A stretch of DNA of 64,000 nt from Bacteroidetes bacterium UBA2475 (GTDB taxonomy: Bacteria > Bacteroidota > Bacteroidia > B-17B0 > Aurantibacillaceae). The position numbers were made by a program, and so were the translations under genes. The DNA is taken from the NCBI GenBank assembly GCA_002342065.1, contig DDPF01000010.1:327507-391506 (forward strand), given 5' to 3'. The notes beneath the pieces were generated by a model. It ran no database searches. It saw only the letters and a program-made list of their open reading frames with translations, and was not told the DNA's origin. Positions 57,566 to 64,000 of this stretch are shown piece by piece (the first letter of the stretch is position 1; each line of letters opens with the position of its first letter).

Positions 57566-59005
57566 ATGATGAAGGAGAAAACTGCAGAACAGATTTGGAA
57601 TGGATGTCTCGAAATAATAAAGGACAATGTTAGCCCTCAAAATTTTAAAACATGGTTTGATCCGATTAAACCAATTAAATTAATAAATAACGTTTTAACC
57701 ATCCAAGTTCCATCACAGTTTTTTTACGAATGGATCGAAGAACATTATATTACTTTAATTAAAAAAGTAATTAAAAAAGAATTAGGCGCTGAAGGTAGAT
57801 TAGAATATAATATCATCATGGATAATGCTTCAGGTAAAACTGAAACACCAATTACTTTTAAATTACCAAACATTAATACCAACCTAAAAAATCCATCCGT
57901 ATCAATGCCAATTGATATCGGATCTAATCCAATTAAAAATCCATTTGTAATTCCGGGTTTAAAAAAGGTTCAAGTAGAATCGCAATTAAATCCTAACTAC
58001 AGTTTTGATAATTCAGTAGAAGGTGATTGTAATCGTTTAGCGCGTAGTGCTGGATTTGCAGTTGCACAAAAACCAGGTGGAAATGCTTTTAACCCATTAT
58101 TGCTTTATGGTGGTGTTGGTTTAGGTAAAACTCACTTAGCACAAGCTATTGGTATCGAAGTAAAAAAGAACTTCCCTAACAAAACCGTTTTATACGTTCA
58201 GTCAGAAAAATTCATCACTCAATTTATTGAGTCTATAAAAAACAATAACCAAAACGATTTCGTTCATTTTTATCAAATGATAGATGTTTTGATCATTGAC
58301 GATGTACAGTATTTTGCAGGTAAAGAAAAAACACAAGATGTGTTCTTCCATATCTTTAACCACTTACACCAATTAGGAAAACAGATCGTTCTAACTTCAG
58401 ATCGTCCACCGGTTGATATTCAAGGAATTGAGCAACGTTTATTATCCCGTTTCAAATGGGGGCTTAGCGCTGACTTACAAGCTCCGGGTTTAGAAACAAG
58501 AATTGCTATCCTTGAGAAAAAAGTTTACAATGAAGGTATTCAGCTTCCAAAAGAAGTTATTGAATATTTAGCTTACAGCATTACTTCAAACGTTCGCGAA
58601 CTGGAAGGTGCATTGATCTCGTTATTAGCACAATCAAGCTTAAACAAAAAAACGATTACTTTGGAATTAGCCAAAACAATGATCGACAAATTTGTGAAAA
58701 GCACTGCCCGCGAGGTTTCTATCGATTATATCCAAAAAGTTGTTTGCGATTATTTTGATCTTGCAATAGACACAATGAAGTCTAAGACCCGCAAACGCGA
58801 AGTAGTTCAGGCCCGTCAAATAGCCATGTACTTTGCAAAAAGTATGACCAAATCTTCATTAGCTACTATTGGTATGCACTGTGGAGGCAAAGACCACGCC
58901 ACTGTTTTACACGCTTGCCGTACGGTAAACAATTTAATGGATACCGATAAGCGTTTTAAAGCTTATATCGAAGAACTTGAGAAAAAGATAAGCATTAGCA
59001 ACTAA
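57566..59005 (+). CDS. dnaA: Chromosomal replication initiator DnaA
   Basis: 'FNPLLLYGGVGLGKTHL', 'IDDVQ', 'RLLSRFKWGL', 'NVRELEGAL', 'GGKDHATVLHA'. Confidence 0.99.
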   Translation: MMKEKTAEQIWNGCLEIIKDNVSPQNFKTWFDPIKPIKLINNVLTIQVPSQFFYEWIEEHYITLIKKVIKKELGAEGRLEYNIIMDNASGKTETPITFKLPNINTNLKNPSVSMPIDIGSNPIKNPFVIPGLKKVQVESQLNPNYSFDNSVEGDCNRLARSAGFAVAQKPGGNAFNPLLLYGGVGLGKTHLAQAIGIEVKKNFPNKTVLYVQSEKFITQFIESIKNNNQNDFVHFYQMIDVLIIDDVQYFAGKEKTQDVFFHIFNHLHQLGKQIVLTSDRPPVDIQGIEQRLLSRFKWGLSADLQAPGLETRIAILEKKVYNEGIQLPKEVIEYLAYSITSNVRELEGALISLLAQSSLNKKTITLELAKTMIDKFVKSTAREVSIDYIQKVVCDYFDLAIDTMKSKTRKREVVQARQIAMYFAKSMTKSSLATIGMHCGGKDHATVLHACRTVNNLMDTDKRFKAYIEELEKKISISN

Positions 59006-59023
59006 TTCTATAGAACATTAATT

Positions 59024-59054
59024 AAAAACCTCAAACCCTAAGTTTGAGGTTTTT
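59024..59054 (+). terminator. Intrinsic terminator after dnaA
   Basis: AAAAACCTCAAAC-cctaa-GTTTGAGGTTTTT. Confidence 0.8.
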
Positions 59055-59246
59055 ATTTGTAAAGGCAAATGTTTAAAATTTTCTTTGTTTAAACCAAAAT
59101 TCTAAGCTAGATTTAGTCTTCAAAAATTAAACGGTGAAAGTCAAATTGACTAAATACATTTAGACTAATTAGATTGAAACGATAAAAGAATTAAGAACAA
59201 ACAACGAAGCAAAATAAAATTCGCTTCATTATTAAAAAAACAAAAG

Positions 59247-60155
59247 ATGAAAAATATAACAGTAATAGGAAGTGGCACAATGGGAAATGGAATTGCCCAT
59301 GCTTTTGCTCAATGCGACTATAAAGTAAACTTAGTTGATATTAACGAAGCGGCTCTTCAAAAAGCATTAGCAACCATTACTAAGAATTTAGACCGCCAGG
59401 TTCAAAAAGGAACTATTACTGAAGAAGCAAAAAATATTACGCTTAAGAACATTACCACTTTTACTGATCTTGCTACTGGCGCAAAAAATGCTGACCTTGT
59501 TGTTGAAGCTGCCAGCGAAAATGTAGATATTAAATTAAAGATCTTTAAACAATTGGATGAGATCTGTTCGCCAAATACCATTTTAGCAAGTAATACTTCT
59601 TCTATCTCTATCACTCAAATTGCAGCGGTTACAAAACGTGCCGATAAAGTAATTGGAATGCACTTTATGAACCCGGTGCCAATTATGAAGCTGGTTGAAA
59701 TTATTCGTGGTTACAGCACTTCTGATGAAGTAACTGACCTGATAATGGCAACTTCAAAAAAATTAAATAAAGTTCCGGTAGAGGTAAATGACTTTCCTGG
59801 CTTTGTGGCTAACAAAATTTTAATGCCAATGATCAACGAAGCTATCATTACTTTAAATGAAGGCGTTGCAGGTGTTGAAGAAATTGACACAGTTATGAAA
59901 TTAGGAATGGCACATCCAATGGGTCCGTTACAATTAGCAGATTTTATTGGCCTAGATGTTTGTTTAAATATTTTACGCGTTTTACAAGACGGATTTGGCA
60001 ACCAAAAATATGCGCCTTGCCCGTTGTTAGTTAATATGGTTACTGCAGGCCACCTTGGTGTAAAATCAGGAAAAGGCTTTTACGATTACAGCGGCGGAAC
60101 TAAAGATCTTGTTCTGGCTGACAGATTTAAAAAAAAAGTAACTGAGTTAGCTTAA
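59247..60155 (+). CDS. hbd: 3-hydroxybutyryl-CoA dehydrogenase
   Basis: 'GSGTMGNG', 'LASNTSS', 'GMHFMNPVP', 'HPMGPLQLADFIGLD'. Confidence 0.93.
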   Translation: MKNITVIGSGTMGNGIAHAFAQCDYKVNLVDINEAALQKALATITKNLDRQVQKGTITEEAKNITLKNITTFTDLATGAKNADLVVEAASENVDIKLKIFKQLDEICSPNTILASNTSSISITQIAAVTKRADKVIGMHFMNPVPIMKLVEIIRGYSTSDEVTDLIMATSKKLNKVPVEVNDFPGFVANKILMPMINEAIITLNEGVAGVEEIDTVMKLGMAHPMGPLQLADFIGLDVCLNILRVLQDGFGNQKYAPCPLLVNMVTAGHLGVKSGKGFYDYSGGTKDLVLADRFKKKVTELA

Positions 60156-60230
60156 TATAAAACAGAATTTATCTCAAACAGTTATACAAATATTCTTCCT
60201 ATTGAGTACCCAAACATTCCAAGTGCGGGT

Positions 60231-60599
60231 GTGTATTATTTTAATACAAAAAGCGCGCTTAGGTATGAAGTAAGGTTTGGACGGTTGCAGGATAATATTT
60301 TACACTCTAATATTGTATTTGGTGTGGTTAACGATGAGTTTGAAGGCGAAGAATATGTAGCTACCAACAAAGGCGAAGTTTATCAGGTAATGAATACGAT
60401 AGTTGAGATCGTAAAAAATTACATGAAAGAACACCCTAAGGTAAACGTTTACGAATTTAATGCTGTCGGCCGCGATAACGAAGACGATTCTATTGAGAAT
60501 GGCCGCATGGTATTATACCGCCGTTTCCTTCCTAAAATTTTCGAAAAAGGCTGGCACTTTAAAATTGAAGGCAATTTTGCTTTGGTTACTAAACTGTAG
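60231..60599 (+). CDS. Hypothetical protein (start uncertain; frame is open back to 60156)
   Basis: 122 aa from GTG with globular composition; no ATG upstream in frame. Confidence 0.6.
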   Translation: MYYFNTKSALRYEVRFGRLQDNILHSNIVFGVVNDEFEGEEYVATNKGEVYQVMNTIVEIVKNYMKEHPKVNVYEFNAVGRDNEDDSIENGRMVLYRRFLPKIFEKGWHFKIEGNFALVTKL

Positions 60600-60626
60600 A
60601 TTCTTGACATATTAAATAAATTAATC

Positions 60627-61067
60627 ATGAAATTAATTTTATCATTTTTAATTTTCTTCTTTCTTTTCCTTACTTCTTGTTGCACAAAGAAACATTGCAC
60701 AGAAGGATTTTTTATGTTTGAATTATATGACTTTAATTTATCTGAAATAGATACCATAATTATTTCAAAATTCGAAAAAGGAAATAATTTTGCAAACCCA
60801 TTAGAAGTAAACTATACTTCTGTATCGGAATCTTCTGGCTCAGGATATTATATAGCCTATTTAGAAACTATTAATGCTGATTATGATTTTTTCATTTCAA
60901 TACCAGGTGCGTCACGTACCTATACGATGATGGATTTTAAAACAAAAAAGGAAAAGTGTAATTCCTGCTTTCCATATTCACCTAAAAGCAATTATTACAA
61001 AATAATAAGTGAATATAAATTAAATGGTCAGACCGAAAGCAAAACTATTATTAAAATTTATAAGTAA
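60627..61067 (+). CDS. Hypothetical lipoprotein
   Basis: Lipobox 'LTSC', plus 'KHC' and 'CNSC' cysteines. Confidence 0.65.
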   Translation: MKLILSFLIFFFLFLTSCCTKKHCTEGFFMFELYDFNLSEIDTIIISKFEKGNNFANPLEVNYTSVSESSGSGYYIAYLETINADYDFFISIPGASRTYTMMDFKTKKEKCNSCFPYSPKSNYYKIISEYKLNGQTESKTIIKIYK

Positions 61068-61083
61068 AAAGCATAATAACGAA

Positions 61084-62073
61084 TCAAATCCCCAACCAAC
61101 TTTTCGCACTGACTCCTAAAATAATTTCTTTTTCTTTATCAGAGATAGGTGCTGAGCGCACTAATTCGCCCGGCACAGCTTCGCCTAAAGGAAAAGGATA
61201 ATCGCTTCCCTGCATTACTTTATCGGTACCAACCAAATCAATTACATATTGCAACATTTTATGATCACACACGTGGCTGTCTACCCAAAATTTACCTAAA
61301 TATTCTTTCGGGTTAATTGGGTTATCTATGGCTACAAGGTCAGGACGGCAATCCCAGCCATGTTCAATACGGCTAATAGTTGGTAAAAAAGAACCGCCGC
61401 CATGCGCAAAACATACTTTTAATTTTTTATATTTTTCAAACACACCACCAAAGATCATACTGCAAATAGCGCGGCTAATTTCTGCGGGCATACCAACTAA
61501 CCATGGTAACCAGTATTTGCTCATATGTTCCTGCCCCATCATTTGCCACGGGTGCACAAGTATGGCTGCGTTCAAATTTTCGCAGGCTGCAAAAAATTCG
61601 TCAAACTGTGGCTCGTGTAAATTTAAATTATTTATGTTGCTGCCAATTTGCACACCTTTAAAACCACTTTTCATAGCGCGTTCTAATTCCTGCACTGCCA
61701 GTTTTGTATCCTGCATTGGTATTGTTGCAAGGCCAATAAATTTATCAGGATGTACGTTTAATGTTGTTGCAATATCATCATTCAAAAATTTACTTACCTC
61801 TAAACAATCGTTTGCTTTTGCCCAATAGCTAAACATAACAGGAATGGTGCAAATAACCTGCATATCGGCTTTGTGCGCTTCCATCTCTCGAATTCGCGTT
61901 TCAGCATCCCAACAATTCTCAGTTATCTCTCTAAAACGCTTATTTCCCTGCATCATCCAGGCTTTGCCTTTTTCGTGATGATCGAGCATAATAAAATCGC
62001 CATAGCCAAATTTTTTATTAAAATCAGGAATGTGTTTTGGGATAATGTGGGTGTGGGTATCTATTGTAAACAT
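61084..62073 (-). CDS. 2-amino-3-carboxymuconate-6-semialdehyde decarboxylase (ACMSD, amidohydrolase 2)
   Basis: 'IDTHTH', 'LVHPW', 'WLVGMPAE', 'AHGGG', 'GSDYPFPLGE'. Confidence 0.85.
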   Translation of the reverse strand: MFTIDTHTHIIPKHIPDFNKKFGYGDFIMLDHHEKGKAWMMQGNKRFREITENCWDAETRIREMEAHKADMQVICTIPVMFSYWAKANDCLEVSKFLNDDIATTLNVHPDKFIGLATIPMQDTKLAVQELERAMKSGFKGVQIGSNINNLNLHEPQFDEFFAACENLNAAILVHPWQMMGQEHMSKYWLPWLVGMPAEISRAICSMIFGGVFEKYKKLKVCFAHGGGSFLPTISRIEHGWDCRPDLVAIDNPINPKEYLGKFWVDSHVCDHKMLQYVIDLVGTDKVMQGSDYPFPLGEAVPGELVRSAPISDKEKEIILGVSAKSWLGI

Positions 62074-62097
62074 GATAATACTTTTTATTATTAAGAG

Positions 62098-62157
62098 TTG
62101 TCACGTCGAGCGGAGTCGAGACGCGTATATGTTTCTCGACTGCGCTCGAAATGACAA
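62098..62157. repeat. REP-like palindromic element, copy 2
   Basis: TGTCACGTCGAGCGGAGTCGAGA ... TCTCGACTGCGCTCGAAATGACA; same family as 51527. Confidence 0.85.
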
Positions 62158-63357
62158 TTATTTTTTCTTCGCAAAGATGATCACATCCTTTTTACTTCCC
62201 CAATGGTAACCTAAATGGAATGGTAATTTTTTTACATTTAAACTATCTTTATGAAAAGCTTCCTGTAATGGCTTTTGTAAACTTAAGTAAGGGAAATCTT
62301 CAACAGGGCGCGTGTATTGTCCGTATAGTTTTGTTTCGAATTTACCCTCTTCAAAGAATTTATAAGGAATACCGGTATCATCCTGTATTACGCTGCTTGA
62401 ATTATTTAAGATAAGCGTGCGCATATTGCTCATAAAACCGGCGTGCAATAAGTAGGATGCGCTTTTAATGTATGTAATGGCACCTTGTGTATTATCGCTA
62501 ATATATTTTCTAAATACAGTTGTATCATTAAAATTCTTGTTGCTTACATCATACTTAAAATAGTATACCGATTTTTGTTTTCCTTCCTGCAAAAAATCTA
62601 CACGCACACCAAACGGCTTTTTATCTGCGCTTTTAAAATCATAAGCAACTTCAGAAATGCTATCCTGCTCGTAACGGACTAAATATTTTATATCTAATAT
62701 TTCGTTTCCTGTACGTTGTATAAAGAAAGCAAGAATTGGTAAAAGACCATTTACTTTTTGTGCCTGAAAATCGCTTTGCATTTTACGTGTGATAAAATAA
62801 CTTTTGTCAAAAATATCACCCAACGATTTTTTAAAATCTGTAGAATATTCAGAAGGCTCGCCTCTTTTAAATTTATCAAGCTCCGGTAATTTCCCCACAG
62901 GTTCTAAACCCAGCATTATATACTTATCTGCATTTGGGAAAAAAGCGTTGGCCGTTAAATAATCCGGTCCACTAAAAGGATAAAAAATAATATTGGTTTT
63001 TGCTGCAACATCTTTAAACTCTTCTCTACCCCAATCTTTCATAGCTTTTAAACGCTTGCGTTCTAAACGACTCCAGCTACTATCAATAAATTTTGAATGC
63101 GCATCCCAAATAACTGTATCAAATAAATAATTTAAATTATTTGCTTTGCCTTTATAACCCGAAAGTACGGCTGTAATATTATTGAATTGGTTATTGGTAT
63201 TAAAAGTTGGTGTGGCAACAACTTCGGGTATTGTATCATTTGGGATCTCTACTTTTACAGTGTCTTTTTTTACAACAGTTTGTTCTTTTGTTGCATCGGT
63301 GGAATTGCATCCAAAAAGTAAAGTAATGGTTAAAAATAAAAAAAGGGTGTTTTTCAT
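62158..63357 (-). CDS. Conserved hypothetical lipoprotein
   Basis: Start at MKNTLF (63357) gives lipobox 'LLFGC'; motifs 'FYPFSGPD', 'GLEPVG', 'KSASYLLH', 'QDDTGIPY'. Confidence 0.7.
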   Translation of the reverse strand: MKNTLFLFLTITLLFGCNSTDATKEQTVVKKDTVKVEIPNDTIPEVVATPTFNTNNQFNNITAVLSGYKGKANNLNYLFDTVIWDAHSKFIDSSWSRLERKRLKAMKDWGREEFKDVAAKTNIIFYPFSGPDYLTANAFFPNADKYIMLGLEPVGKLPELDKFKRGEPSEYSTDFKKSLGDIFDKSYFITRKMQSDFQAQKVNGLLPILAFFIQRTGNEILDIKYLVRYEQDSISEVAYDFKSADKKPFGVRVDFLQEGKQKSVYYFKYDVSNKNFNDTTVFRKYISDNTQGAITYIKSASYLLHAGFMSNMRTLILNNSSSVIQDDTGIPYKFFEEGKFETKLYGQYTRPVEDFPYLSLQKPLQEAFHKDSLNVKKLPFHLGYHWGSKKDVIIFAKKK

Positions 63358-63384
63358 AGCGAAGCTAAAAGTAAGAATTTCTTT

Positions 63385-63409
63385 TGTCAGTTCGAGCGAA
63401 GTCGAGAAC
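63385..63409 (+). repeat. REP-like half element, copy 3
   Basis: TGTCAGTTCGAGCGAAGTCGAGAAC, a single arm. Confidence 0.7.
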
Positions 63410-63410
63410 A

Positions 63411-63444
63411 AAAAAAACGCCTTTCCAAAATTGAAAAGGCGTTT
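63411..63444 (-). terminator. Intrinsic terminator after the DUF4870-like gene
   Basis: AAACGCCTTT ... AAAGGCGTTT with an A7 run on the plus strand (T run on minus). Confidence 0.7.
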
Positions 63445-63465
63445 GATCATTAAGGGTTAAATTCG

Positions 63466-63828
63466 TTATTTTCCTATAGAAGCGAACCATTTCTGGAAGG
63501 CTTCACCCATTAAAGGCAAAGGCTTTTCTTCTCCATTGATAGCAGAAACCAGGCCCAGGATCCAAAAGATCAAAAGCGCTATAGATATTAATAAATTTGC
63601 ACCCCAGCCAATAAAAGGTATGAACATTAAAGGGATACGGATAACAATAGTAGAAATTGCCAATAGCATTAAGCCTAATGACTGACGAAGGTGATATCCA
63701 CCTATTGAGGTTTTATTGCTGCCATGCATTACCAGGGCAACTATCCAACCAATAAGGGTGATATAAGAGATAATGGCAATTGTTTTGCCTTGTTCTGCAT
63801 TTGCCTGAGGGGTATTTGTATTTTCCAT
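63466..63828 (-). CDS. DUF4870-like small membrane protein
   Basis: 'IAIISYITLIGWIVA', 'YHLRQSLGL', 'AINGEEKPLP'. Confidence 0.75.
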   Translation of the reverse strand: MENTNTPQANAEQGKTIAIISYITLIGWIVALVMHGSNKTSIGGYHLRQSLGLMLLAISTIVIRIPLMFIPFIGWGANLLISIALLIFWILGLVSAINGEEKPLPLMGEAFQKWFASIGK

Positions 63829-63837
63829 TTTATTGAA

Positions 63838-64000
63838 TTATGCCTCGTTATTACCTAATTTAATAAGCTTGGCTTTAATTTCTTTTAGCTTGGCAATTAC
63901 TTCTTCGTTATCACCTTTTTTTGAAGCAGGTTTGTTTTTTAGCTGCTCTTTAGCGCCTTGTATAGTAAAGCCTTTTTGTTTTACTAATTCAACTATCTGT
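63838..64000 (-). CDS. MerR family transcriptional regulator, C-terminal part (partial)
   Basis: Hand translation: ...QIVELVKQKGFTIQGAKEQLKNK...EVIAKLKEIKAKLIKLGNNEA*, resembling the 'LVKEKG.T..GA' tail of Bacteroidota MerR proteins. Confidence 0.65.
   Translation of the reverse strand, partial: QIVELVKQKGFTIQGAKEQLKNKPASKKGDNEEVIAKLKEIKAKLIKLGNNEA

Noticed and set aside
59006-59246. oriC downstream of dnaA
   Set aside because: AT-rich, but I found no DnaA-box cluster there; only one box lies upstream of dnaA.
61328-61828. 166-aa plus-strand ORF
   Set aside because: Antisense to ACMSD with no protein-like features. The same reasoning applies to the other short nested ORFs in the track.
63358-63450. 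N-terminal extension of the 62158 ORF
   Set aside because: It spans a terminator and a REP half-site; the ATG at 63357 gives a proper lipoprotein signal.
1-64000. CRISPR array, tRNA/rRNA, transposase, integrase or prophage genes
   Set aside because: I saw no regularly spaced 25-45-nt repeats with unique spacers, no cloverleaf or rRNA-like sequence in the intergenic regions, and no such protein motifs. A tRNAscan/Infernal run would be decisive.

Overview
AT-rich chromosomal segment (about one-third GC by eye) from a Bacteroidota bacterium. The assignment rests on the bat operon, TAnnTTTG/-33 TTG promoters, a T9SS cargo protein, fused SecDF, GRS1-type glycyl-tRNA ligase and the DUF4270/glgA-like/panC synteny. 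Most of the window is housekeeping: moxR-DUF58-batABCD, pdxA, hflX, menG, dnaK, panC, glyS, secA, secDF, ugd/uxs/degT, dnaA and hbd. I found no rRNA, tRNA, CRISPR array, transposase or prophage gene. Three things stand out. (1) A family of degenerate 7-mer/8-mer tandem-repeat arms sits at operon junctions in inverted orientation. One pair encloses a four-helix-bundle (IVS-protein-like) gene, others are empty, and one carries what looks like a 9-codon stub of a lost passenger gene. This suggests a small mobile or RNA-processed cassette system in mRNA operons. (2) A single 770-aa ORF fuses a membrane domain, a CxxC AhpC/TSA redoxin domain, a PAS domain and a SpoIIE/PP2C phosphatase, making it a candidate redox-sensing phosphatase. 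(3) Directly beside that gene is a DUF1295 / two SAM methyltransferase / FAD oxidoreductase / DUF1365 lipid-modification cluster resembling the UfaM/UfaD/UfaO furan fatty acid pathway. There are also two kinds of REP-like palindromes, an unannotated 54-aa membrane protein, a short SecG-like gene behind dnaK and a sigma-54-like promoter at dnaK. Family assignments come from motif recognition only; no database search was run.
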